Notes: generated from the letters alone by a model not told the origin. Counted from the first letter of the stretch, positions 44,178 to 52,679 are shown. The stretch is 53,806 nt of DNA from Betaproteobacteria bacterium RIFCSPLOWO2_12_FULL_64_23 (GCA_001770575.1 MERK01000111.1:1-53806); one strand, 5' to 3'. A program made the numbers and translations.

Positions 44178-46197
44178 GGCTGAGAACCTCCTTCCCTTCC
44201 TCTGCTTCTCCGGTCGGCGTCTTCTGGCTGGTCGCGTTCGCCTTGCCGAGGATCCCCCTTTGCTCCAGGTCATCGGCGACACAGGCCAGGTCGAGATCCA
44301 GCAGCGACTCCTTGGTGGGAATGCCGTTGCTGTCAAAGCCCTTGAGCTTGTAGTACGCATCCAGCAGTTTCGTTTCCAATTCGGGAAAGCGCTTCTTCCA
44401 ATGGTCTTCCGGCGGTTTGTCGTCGGCACGCCGCATTCCGCGTCTCACGTTGATGGCGCGCAGCAAGGTCCGGTTTCTCGTGGCCGCCTTCCAGATCCCG
44501 GCTTCGTCGAAGTCGATGCCGGTCCCCGCCGAAACGAAACTGGGGAAATTGTGGATGTGGTACGGGGGCTTCAGCGGGAAGGACGACAGCCCGGCACAGG
44601 TCCCGAGGGCGTCGTCGAGGTAATGCATCTTCTCCTGCCAGTCCACGATGTCGCAACTGGCTTCGATAGTCGGATAAAGCGGGTTGGAATTGTCTCCGCG
44701 CAGCTCCCAGTCCAGCAGGTACTGCTTGAACTTCTCGTGCGGAACCTGGAACCAGTCCTTGACGAACGCTTCGCGCTCTTCCATGGTCGGGAACGGCGCC
44801 TGGGGAAACTGACCCTCGATCTGGGTGATGTTGATCTTCTCTCCGGTCGAGTACATCAGGTAGTAGACCGGGTTCAGCATGCCGAGCTTCAGCGGCAACT
44901 GCTCGTGTTTCTTGATCGTGTTGTGATCGAATTTCTCCGCGCCCTTGCCGATGCGCCTGGCCGCCCAGTAGGTGCCGTCGGCGAGCACGTCGCCGATCCC
45001 TTCGCGCCTGACGATCCGGTCGAGCAACCAGAAGAAGCGACCCTCGACGTCGGCCGGCATGCCCGGAAAATCCGCGTCGGTGAGGATGCCGGCCTCGAGC
45101 AGCTCGAGCGCGAAGGCCATGACCTGCGGCGCCGAGAATCCGTCCACGCCGTATTCGGTCGCGCGCTGCGCGATCTTGAAACCGAACTCCAGGTCGGAAT
45201 AGGCCGCCATGGTGTAAGTGAGCTTGGAGTAGCACTTCATCATGTAGGTAGGCTGCCCCGGAACAGAGATGGTTGCCCCGCATTTCATCGGACAGTTGTA
45301 GCAGCCGATCAGGCGCGTGCGCACGCTCTCCTGGGTCTCGCGCCATTTTTCCTCTATTTCATGGGTCCAGAAGTCCTTGCGCCGGGTGCGCGCATTGCCC
45401 CACATGAAATTGGTGGTATGCCACTCCTCGTCGACAATTCGCATCTCCTGCGGGGAACCGAGCACGGCCAGGATAGCGGGGACCCCCGGAATCGGATGAT
45501 CTTCCCTGAACTTGATGTATTTCAGCACGTCGTCGCACAGGCTCATGAATTCGGCCGGCCGGGCGACGTTGACGTCCTTGGTTCCGCGTACGGCGATCGC
45601 CTTGAGTCCCTTGTCGCCCATGACCGCGCCGATGCCGCCGCGGCTGGCACTGGACCTGCCCTGCTCGATGGAAGCGTAAAAGACCCTGTTCTCCCCGGCC
45701 AGGCCGATGGAGGCCACCTGGGCGTCCGGCTCCTTCAGTTCCCGTCGGATGCATTCGGCGGTTTCGGTGGCACCCTTGCCGCGCAGGTGCGTCGCGTCGC
45801 GGATTTCGACCTTGTCGTTGTGTATCCACAGATAGACCAGCTCGGGCGACTTGCCGCGTAGGATCACCTTGTCGTAACCGGCATGCTTCAACTCTGGCGC
45901 CCAGAATCCGCCCATCATCGAATAGGCGAGCAACTGAGTCTGTGGAGAAAACGTGGAGACGATGGTGCGATTGCAGCCGGGTGCCGCAGTGCCGCAAAGA
46001 AGGCCGGAAGCGAAGATCAGCAGATTGTCTTCGGAAAACGCGTCGGTCTCGGCAGGAACCCTGTCCCACAGTATTCTGGCGCTGGTGCCAAGCCCTCCCA
46101 GATGCAGTTTAGTCAGTTCCGGATCGGACTCCACCCTGTCGATACTGCCGCGGGAAAGATCGATTTCCAGCTCGAACCCTGTTTCCGCATACCGCAT
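44170..46197 (-). CDS. bamB: BamB-like tungsten-pterin enzyme of the aldehyde:ferredoxin oxidoreductase (AOR) family (class II benzoyl-CoA reductase catalytic subunit type)
   Basis: 675 aa with AOR N-terminal and pterin-binding motifs (GGLGTSARILWD, GRSSASRGGIGAVMGDKGLKAIAV, CYNCPMKCG). A strong AGGAGAGGA SD precedes the ATG at 46197. The call as BamB-type rests on the diagnostic downstream gene order (FeS, HdrD, HdrA x2, MvhD, NuoEFG-like) and on recalled similarity to Geobacter BamB. Confidence 0.85.
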   Translation of the reverse strand: MRYAETGFELEIDLSRGSIDRVESDPELTKLHLGGLGTSARILWDRVPAETDAFSEDNLLIFASGLLCGTAAPGCNRTIVSTFSPQTQLLAYSMMGGFWAPELKHAGYDKVILRGKSPELVYLWIHNDKVEIRDATHLRGKGATETAECIRRELKEPDAQVASIGLAGENRVFYASIEQGRSSASRGGIGAVMGDKGLKAIAVRGTKDVNVARPAEFMSLCDDVLKYIKFREDHPIPGVPAILAVLGSPQEMRIVDEEWHTTNFMWGNARTRRKDFWTHEIEEKWRETQESVRTRLIGCYNCPMKCGATISVPGQPTYMMKCYSKLTYTMAAYSDLEFGFKIAQRATEYGVDGFSAPQVMAFALELLEAGILTDADFPGMPADVEGRFFWLLDRIVRREGIGDVLADGTYWAARRIGKGAEKFDHNTIKKHEQLPLKLGMLNPVYYLMYSTGEKINITQIEGQFPQAPFPTMEEREAFVKDWFQVPHEKFKQYLLDWELRGDNSNPLYPTIEASCDIVDWQEKMHYLDDALGTCAGLSSFPLKPPYHIHNFPSFVSAGTGIDFDEAGIWKAATRNRTLLRAINVRRGMRRADDKPPEDHWKKRFPELETKLLDAYYKLKGFDSNGIPTKESLLDLDLACVADDLEQRGILGKANATSQKTPTGEAEEGKEVLSHA

Positions 46198-46394
46198 TTT
46201 CCTGGTCCTCTCCTAGACTACGTTCCAGTTCGAGCATCTTGCGCATGTTCGCGCGCGAGATACCCTGTCATTCGAAACGGAGCGCCATGCTGGGGCGGCG
46301 AGGGGCCGCGCCTCCCGTAGCAGTCGATTGCTCAGGTACCGGAAACCCGCGTTGCAATTGCTTGCATTCCGAGGATAATCGGTATTGTCGTACT

Positions 46395-46423
46395 ATAATG
46401 CTTATTTATCGGGCCTACGTCAA
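46395..46423 (-). promoter_or_regulatory. Candidate sigma70 promoter for the bam operon
   Basis: The minus strand reads TTGACG (46423..46418), a 17 nt spacer, then CATTAT (46400..46395), inside the only AT-rich stretch of the 424-bp divergent region. This implies a ~190-nt leader. Based on sequence pattern only. Confidence 0.35.
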
Positions 46424-46437
46424 TTGATTTACGTCAA
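46416..46437. promoter_or_regulatory. Direct repeat TACGTCAA x2 (14-bp period), candidate regulator binding site
   Basis: TACGTCAA at 46416..46423 and 46430..46437. The first copy embeds the palindrome TCAATTGA and overlaps the candidate -35 of the bam promoter. Confidence 0.4.
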
Positions 46438-46621
46438 ACTTATCGATTTTTCCGCCTAAATCGAGCACCGCGATCGGGTATTCCTCCGCCCCCGCTCTCA
46501 ATGCCTCCAAGGGCGTGAGGCGCGGCGCAGGTGCCGGACTGCACGCCGTAGCGGACGCGTCGAGGGCGTGTCAAAATCGAATTGCCAAGTACGGTAGACG
46601 AACTCGGACTGGGAACCGACG

Positions 46622-47521
46622 ATGAACGAGGTGCGAAAACTTCTGCGGTCACGCTTTCCCGGGCTGCACGCGCGCATCGAGCAGACGCTCATCGAGGCCG
46701 AGGCGCGCTACAACCGCCAGGCCAAGCAGGCGCCCTCGGAATTCCTCCTGGAGCATACCCGGCGCACGGCGGCCATTGCCCACAAGATAGCCACAATGGA
46801 ACGAGTCGATGCGCTCCTGCCGGTGCTGGTCGCGCTCTACCATGATGCAGGCAAATTTCATGAGGGCGAATACCACAAGGACGACGTGGCGGAAGAGGAG
46901 CACGCGGCGATCCTCGCCGAGCGCATGCTCGCCGAGTCCGGCGCGGAACGCGCCGATATCGAGGCTGTGGGCAGCGCGCTGCGCGCCCTGTACGACGACC
47001 GGTTGCCGTGCGTCGAATCCTGCCGCATCGTGCAGGATGCGGACCGGCTGGACAAGCTCGGCGCGTTGGGCGTCGGCGCCTTCTTCACCAAGGCAACGCT
47101 GCGCGGGCGCGGCCTCGTCGATGCGCTGGTGCACACGCTGAGCCGGGAACTGAGCTACGCCCTCGCGGCGCCGCGATCGATGCTGACCGAAACCGGACAG
47201 ATGCTCGCCCGCGAGCAGACGCCGAAGACGGTCGCTTTCTTTGACGAGCTTCTGCACGACTTGGAACGTTGGGGCATCGCCGCTTTCGAACGCCGCACCC
47301 TCCTGGTGGAAGGGGATTTCCGCACCCGCGGCGGCGCTCGTGTGCAAAAAACGCAGGTGACCATCGTCATGCCGCGCGACTGCCCGGATTGCGAAGCGCC
47401 GCTCGAGCTGACCCATCGGTGCGAACGCGGCCTGAAATGCGAGATGCTCAAGGCACGCTTCGCCTGCCAGTCCTGCGACTATGCGCGGGACATCTCCTTC
47501 TGCCTCCCGGTATTAGCCTGA
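46622..47521 (+). CDS. HD-domain phosphohydrolase with C-terminal Cys-rich (zinc-ribbon-like) domain
   Basis: 299 aa. HD motif (LYHDAGK ... QDADRLDKLGA) and a C-terminal CPDC...C...C...CQSC pattern. Divergent from bamB. Confidence 0.75.
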   Translation: MNEVRKLLRSRFPGLHARIEQTLIEAEARYNRQAKQAPSEFLLEHTRRTAAIAHKIATMERVDALLPVLVALYHDAGKFHEGEYHKDDVAEEEHAAILAERMLAESGAERADIEAVGSALRALYDDRLPCVESCRIVQDADRLDKLGALGVGAFFTKATLRGRGLVDALVHTLSRELSYALAAPRSMLTETGQMLAREQTPKTVAFFDELLHDLERWGIAAFERRTLLVEGDFRTRGGARVQKTQVTIVMPRDCPDCEAPLELTHRCERGLKCEMLKARFACQSCDYARDISFCLPVLA

Positions 47522-47530
47522 CAAGATGCG

Positions 47531-47683
47531 ATGAAATACGCGGAAACAGGGTTCAGCCCGGAAACGCAGGTCGACGAGCGCGTGGAACGCGAAGCGATGG
47601 AGAGGGGACTCGCGTCGCTGATGAATCAGCACGGCATCGAGGCGGTGATCAACAGGGTAAAGCAGCTGTTCAAAAGGCAATAG
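47531..47683 (+). CDS. Unlisted 50-codon ORF whose first 8 residues (MKYAETGF) mirror the BamB N-terminus
   Basis: ATG at 47531 to TAG at 47681..47683, 10 nt after the HD gene stop. It is below the size cut-off of the ORF track. Third-position usage is GC-rich, the SD is weak, and there is no family assignment. Confidence 0.3.
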   Translation: MKYAETGFSPETQVDERVEREAMERGLASLMNQHGIEAVINRVKQLFKRQ

Positions 47684-47758
47684 CGCCAAGGGGGCCGATG
47701 CTGGCGTGCCCTGCCCCGCCGGGCCGCCCTCCTGCGTCGGCCAGCTGAGGCAGCTTGA

Positions 47759-49030
47759 CTAGTTGTCCTGCGCTTTGGAGGCATCCGCGAGCCGCACCAC
47801 TTTGTCCGCTGCGTGCTTCTCCTCCAGCTGCACCGATTCGATCTGCTCGAAGCGCTGGGTGATCTTGCGGCTGGAGACGTGGATTTCCTCCACGTCCTTG
47901 CCGGCGAGGCGGATGTGGTCGGCGAGTTTTTTCATGCGATCATCGAACAGGTTGAAGTCTTTCGACAGCTTGAACAGCGCATCCTTGATGACGTGAATCT
48001 GCTTGCGCGTCTCGACGTCCTTCAACACGGCGCGCGCGGTATTCAGCACGGCCATCAGCGTCGTCGGCGAAACGATCCACACGCGCTTGGCCATGGCATA
48101 GTCCACCACCTCTGAATGATAGGCGTGAATTTCGGCAAATACCGCCTCCGCCGGGATGAACATCACCGCGCCCTCGGAGGTCTCGCCGGAAATGATGTAC
48201 TTGATGCTGATGTCATCGACATGTTTTCTTATGTCCAGGCGAAACTGCTTCTGCGCCTGTGCACGCTCCAATTCGCTTACGCTCGAATCAAGCATGATGC
48301 GGTAGTTGCTCAGGGGAAACTTCGAGTCCACCGCCACCATGCCGGTAGGCGCAGGCAGCTTCAATACGCAGTCGGCGCGGTAGTTGTTCGAAAGCGTGAA
48401 CTGAAACTCGTAGGCGTCTGGCGGCAGCATATTGCGCACCAGCGCTTCGAGCTGCACTTCGCCGAAGGCCCCGCGGGATCTCTTGTCGCCGTCCAGCAGT
48501 TCCTGCAGGCTGACGACGTTCACCGCCAGGCTATCGATCTTCTTCTGCGCCTCATCGATCACGGCGAGCCGTGACATGACGTTGGTAAAGGTCTCGTTGG
48601 TCTTCTTGAAGCCCTCGTCCAGGCGTTCGTTGACCTTGCCGGAGATCTGCTCGAGCCGCTCGTCCACCTTGGCGGTGAGCGCCTGCGTGGTCTCGGCCAG
48701 CTTGGTGACCATTGCCTCGCGGCTCTCGCCGAGGTTGTTCGCGAGCGAGAGCTGCAGCGCATGCAGCGTGTCGCGCGTCTGCTTGAGTTCCTCGGCAAGG
48801 GTGCCGCGCAGGCGCTCGGAGGACTCGCCGAAGTTATTGCCCAGGCGGTCGCCCTGCTGCGTCAGGCCGCGGTGCAGATCGTCGAGCATGGCGCGGTGCT
48901 TTTGTTCCAGGCCCTGCGCCATGCCGGCGGGCAGCTCCTCCAGCTTTCGGCTGACGGCAGCCACGCGCCAAGCAAGCCAACCCGCGAGCAGCAACAGCAT
49001 AACCAACAAGACGAGCAATATTTCCAGCAT
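47759..49030 (-). CDS. rmuC: DNA recombination protein RmuC
   Basis: 423 aa with an N-terminal TM anchor, a long coiled-coil and the RmuC nuclease-like C-terminal domain (…RGAFGEVQLEALV…DSKFPL…MFIPAEAVF…). Confidence 0.88.
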   Translation of the reverse strand: MLEILLVLLVMLLLLAGWLAWRVAAVSRKLEELPAGMAQGLEQKHRAMLDDLHRGLTQQGDRLGNNFGESSERLRGTLAEELKQTRDTLHALQLSLANNLGESREAMVTKLAETTQALTAKVDERLEQISGKVNERLDEGFKKTNETFTNVMSRLAVIDEAQKKIDSLAVNVVSLQELLDGDKRSRGAFGEVQLEALVRNMLPPDAYEFQFTLSNNYRADCVLKLPAPTGMVAVDSKFPLSNYRIMLDSSVSELERAQAQKQFRLDIRKHVDDISIKYIISGETSEGAVMFIPAEAVFAEIHAYHSEVVDYAMAKRVWIVSPTTLMAVLNTARAVLKDVETRKQIHVIKDALFKLSKDFNLFDDRMKKLADHIRLAGKDVEEIHVSSRKITQRFEQIESVQLEEKHAADKVVRLADASKAQDN

Positions 49031-49163
49031 GGATCTCAGTATAGCCCATCCGAAATATCGCCCGCACCAGCGGAATCATGCCTCCTCTGCCTTTCTCCGC
49101 TGGTGGCGTCACCGACGAACGGATCCGCCCCGCCCAACGCCCGGCAGGGCGTCGATTCATCGC

Positions 49164-51659
49164 TCATCCGGCTTCACGCAAGGCCAGCATCGGCGGATGG
49201 TTCAACGCGGCGCGCCCGCCGAGCCAGGCATTGAGTGCGACGCAAGCCAGTCCTGAAAGCGGCCCGACGATCCAGATCGCGGCATTGAACTGCCACGGGA
49301 ACTGGAACACGCGCTCGGCCAGGACGTAGCCGATCGCGCTGGCGCCGGCGGCGGCGAGCACCCCCGCGACCAGTCCCAGAGCGAGAAATTCGGCGCGCTG
49401 CGCCCCGGCCACCTGAGCGCGGCTCGCCCCCAGCGCCCGCATCAGCGCCGCTTCCTGCAAGCGCTCGTCCTGGGTGGAGAGCAGCGCCGCATACAGCACC
49501 AGCACGCCCGCAACCAGCGCGAACAGGAACACGAACTGCACGGCGCGGATCACCTGGTCGAGCACGCCGTTGACCTGGCGCATGACCGCGCTGACGTCGA
49601 TCACGGTGAGGTTCGGAAACGCCTTGGTCAGGCGGGTGGTGAACAGAGGCTCGGCGCCGGTCAGGCGAAAGGTGCTCATGTAGCTCACCGGAAAGCCCGC
49701 CAGCGCCCCGGGCGTGGTCACGAAAAAGAAATTCGGCCGCATCGAGTCCCAGTCGAGCTTGCGCACGCTCGACACCGGCACGGTGATGCTTGCGCCGCCT
49801 CCGGCGAAACTCAAGGTGTCGCCGAGTCCGATTCCCAGGCGCTCGGCGATCCAGACCTCGACCGAGACCGAGCCTTGCGCCAGGTCTTCGGCGCTGAACC
49901 AATGTCCGCCGGTCACCTGATTTCCCGGCGGCGGCGTCCGCATGAAGCTCAGGTTGAACTCGCGATCGATCTGGCGCCTGGCGCGCTCATCGGTGTAGTC
50001 GGCCGCGCCCACCGCGCGGCCGTTGATCTCAGTCAGCCGCGCCCGCACCATGGGAAAGGTCGAAGGCGCCGCGACTCCGTTTTGCGCCAGGAATTGCGCC
50101 AGCGGCTGCACCTGCTCCGGCTGGATATTGACGACGAAGCGATTGGGCGCGTCTTGCGGCAGCTTGGTGCGCCAGGACTCGAGCAGGTCGCCGCGGATAA
50201 ACGTCAACAGCAGCAGCACCGTCAGGCCCAGGGCGAGCGCGACGATCTGCACCGCATTGGCGCGGCTGCGCCGGCGCAGATTCGCCAGGCCGTAGCGCCA
50301 GGACACGCTGCCCGAGCGGCCCAGTGCGGCGAACAGGCGCAAGGCGCCCAGGCTCACCAGCCAGAACGACAGGAACGCCGCGGCAAAGCCGCCGAACACG
50401 GTGGCGCCGAGTTTGAGTTCGCCCGCCTGCCACAGCAGCAACGCCGCCAGCGCGGCCAGCCCCAGCGCGTAGGCCGCAAGCGCGCTTTGCCTGGGCGCGC
50501 CGACCTCGCGCCGGATCACGCGCAGCGCCGGCACGTTCTTCAGCTGCAGCAGCGGCGGCAGCGCGAAGCCGAGCAGCAGCAGCAGTCCTGCGGCAAATCC
50601 CTGCAGCACCGGATAGAACCCGGGCTGCGGCAGGGAGGAAGCGACAAAGTCGGTGAGCCAGAGCGCGATCACCGCCTGCCCGGCGAAGCCCAGCACGCAG
50701 CCTATGGCGCACGCCGCCAGCCCCAGCAGCACGAATTCCCAGCTGAACAAGGCAAACAGCCGGCTTTGTAAAGCGCCGAAGCAGCGCATCACAGCGTAGC
50801 CGTCCAGATGGCGCTGGGTGTAGCGGCGCGTGGACAGCGCGATGGCGACGGCGGCGAGGATCACCGCGAGCATGGCCGAGAGGCCGAGGAATTGCTGCGC
50901 GCGGTCCAGCCCGGCGCGCACCTCGGGGCGGGCATTGCCCAGACTTTCGATGCGCTGCCCCGGCCCCAGCCTCGGCTTGGCCCAGCTCGCGTAGGCTTCG
51001 GCAGTCGCGCGCGCGCCGGCGACGTAGAGCTGATAATGCGCGCGGCTGCCGGTCTGGATCAGCCCGGTGGCGGGCAGATCGTCCATACGCATCAGCAGGC
51101 GCGGCGCGATATTGAAAAAGCTCACGCCGCGATCGGGCTCCAGAGTCAGCACCGCACCCAGCGTGAGGCGCGCGTTGCCGAGTTCGATTCTCTGGCCCGG
51201 CTCGACGCCGAGCGCGGCGCTCAAACGTTCGTCCATCCAGACGGTTCCCGGCGGCGGGATGGCGTCGGTTTCGGCATCCTCCGCATTCAGCCGCGGGGCG
51301 ATGCGCAGCTTGCCGCGCAAGGGGTAGCCCGCGCTCACCGCCTTAACCCCCGCGAGCTGGGTTGCGTCGCCCGCGCGCGCCATGCTGACGAAGCTCACGC
51401 CGTCGGCCCGGGCGAGGCCGCGCCTGGCGATTTCTTGGTGCAATTCCGCAGCAAAAGGATGGTCGGACAACAGCAGCACGTCGGCCCCCAGCATCTGGTT
51501 CGCCTCGTGCGTCAACGCCTGCCACACGCGGTCGGCGAAAAAGGCGACGCTGGTGACGCTGGCGACCGCAATCACCAGAGCCAGCGCGAGCACGCGCAGC
51601 TCGCCCGCGCGCCAATCGCGCAGCAGCATGGTCAGTGGCAGGGGCAGGTTATTGGTCAC
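49164..51659 (-). CDS. ybbP: YbbP-type ABC transporter permease (double FtsX domain)
   Basis: 831 aa with about 10 TM segments in two FtsX-like modules, downstream of the ybbA-type ATPase. Confidence 0.8.
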   Translation of the reverse strand: MTNNLPLPLTMLLRDWRAGELRVLALALVIAVASVTSVAFFADRVWQALTHEANQMLGADVLLLSDHPFAAELHQEIARRGLARADGVSFVSMARAGDATQLAGVKAVSAGYPLRGKLRIAPRLNAEDAETDAIPPPGTVWMDERLSAALGVEPGQRIELGNARLTLGAVLTLEPDRGVSFFNIAPRLLMRMDDLPATGLIQTGSRAHYQLYVAGARATAEAYASWAKPRLGPGQRIESLGNARPEVRAGLDRAQQFLGLSAMLAVILAAVAIALSTRRYTQRHLDGYAVMRCFGALQSRLFALFSWEFVLLGLAACAIGCVLGFAGQAVIALWLTDFVASSLPQPGFYPVLQGFAAGLLLLLGFALPPLLQLKNVPALRVIRREVGAPRQSALAAYALGLAALAALLLWQAGELKLGATVFGGFAAAFLSFWLVSLGALRLFAALGRSGSVSWRYGLANLRRRSRANAVQIVALALGLTVLLLLTFIRGDLLESWRTKLPQDAPNRFVVNIQPEQVQPLAQFLAQNGVAAPSTFPMVRARLTEINGRAVGAADYTDERARRQIDREFNLSFMRTPPPGNQVTGGHWFSAEDLAQGSVSVEVWIAERLGIGLGDTLSFAGGGASITVPVSSVRKLDWDSMRPNFFFVTTPGALAGFPVSYMSTFRLTGAEPLFTTRLTKAFPNLTVIDVSAVMRQVNGVLDQVIRAVQFVFLFALVAGVLVLYAALLSTQDERLQEAALMRALGASRAQVAGAQRAEFLALGLVAGVLAAAGASAIGYVLAERVFQFPWQFNAAIWIVGPLSGLACVALNAWLGGRAALNHPPMLALREAG

Positions 51660-51676
51660 GAATCAAGTATCGACAT

Positions 51677-51936
51677 AATCGGCGATCTTGGATAAACGCA
51701 ATCCCAAGCCGGCGTTACCTTTATCCGGAACCGTGTTTTTTGGACGGATGCGCTTTTTATCCGTCCAGAAAACACGGTTGGCGCGCGCGAGCGCGCAATG
51801 GCCGCTCGCCGACATCGGCAGACGTCGGACGATACTTCGAACTGCGGCGCTCGAACTTGCGCGGATGGCGGCCCGTCCGCGCGGATCACCGATTGCGTAC
51901 GGACGAAAATCCGTCCACACGCGATCGGCGATCTTG
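51677..51936. repeat. Composite multi-hairpin intergenic repeat, copy B (~260 bp)
   Basis: Homologous to 11321..11580. Bounded by AATCGGCGATCTTG (51677..51690) and GATCGGCGATCTTG (51923..51936). Its 21-bp-arm hairpin (51729..51749 / 51759..51779) carries base changes relative to copy A that are compensated on the opposite arm. Confidence 0.85.
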
Positions 51937-51995
51937 TGTAAAAACCACACTGAGCCGTGGTTGCTTTTATCCATAGCCGCAATCGAATATGTCTT

Positions 51996-52679
51996 TCATG
52001 CGAAGATGCGCCCGCCGACCAGGCGAATCTGGCGCTGGCAGCGGCGCGCGATCGCGTCGTCGTGGGTCACCATGACCAGCGTGGTAGCGGCCGCGGCATT
52101 GAGCGCAAACATCAGATCGATAATGCCGGCGCCGGTGTCGGCATCGAGATTGCCGGTGGGCTCGTCGGCAAGCAGCAGCTTGGGCTGCATCACGAAAGCG
52201 CGCGCCAGCGCGACGCGCTGCTGCTCCCCGCCGGAGAGATATTTCGGATAATGCCCGAGGCGCTCGCCCAGGCCGACGCGCTCGAGCATCGCCGTCGCGA
52301 GCTGCGCCGCGCCGGCGGTGCCGGCCAGCTCCAGCGGGAGCATCACGTTCTCCAGCGCATTCAGCGCCGGCAACAGCTGGAACGACTGGAACACGAAGCC
52401 GAGCAGTTTCGCGCGCAGCGCCGCGCGCCCATCCTCGCCCAGCGCAAACAGATCGACGCCGTCCAGATGCACGCTGCCGGCGCTGGGCGTATCCAGCCCG
52501 GCGAGCAGGCCGAGCAGCGTGGACTTGCCCGAACCCGAAGCGCCGATGATGGCCACCGCCTCGCCCGCCATGACCGCGAGGTCGATCTGATGCAGAATGA
52601 CGAGCTGGCTCGCGCCGTTCGGCACCACTTTGGACAGGCCGGCCGCTTTTACCATGGGTGCATTGATGGGTTGGGTCAT
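51996..52679 (-). CDS. ybbA: YbbA-type ABC transporter ATP-binding protein
   Basis: 227 aa from the ATG at 52679 (an alternative Met lies 8 codons downstream). Walker A GASGSGKSTLL, signature LSGGEQQRVALA, Walker B LLLADEPTGNLD. Confidence 0.85.
   Translation of the reverse strand: MTQPINAPMVKAAGLSKVVPNGASQLVILHQIDLAVMAGEAVAIIGASGSGKSTLLGLLAGLDTPSAGSVHLDGVDLFALGEDGRAALRAKLLGFVFQSFQLLPALNALENVMLPLELAGTAGAAQLATAMLERVGLGERLGHYPKYLSGGEQQRVALARAFVMQPKLLLADEPTGNLDADTGAGIIDLMFALNAAAATTLVMVTHDDAIARRCQRQIRLVGGRIFA

Noticed and set aside
46341-46355. sigma54-type -24/-12 element (GGaaacccgcgtTGC) in the bam/HD control region.
   Set aside because: The GG-to-GC spacing is one nucleotide too long, the flanking consensus bases (TGGCAC / TTGCW) are poor, and it faces the HD gene rather than bamB.
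8725-47700. Idea that the W/Mo-FDH-bam region is a mobile genomic island.
   Set aside because: No integrase, transposase, conjugation genes, tRNA attachment site or flanking direct repeats were found, and no obvious compositional jump was visible by eye. Only small REP/MITE-like repeats are present.
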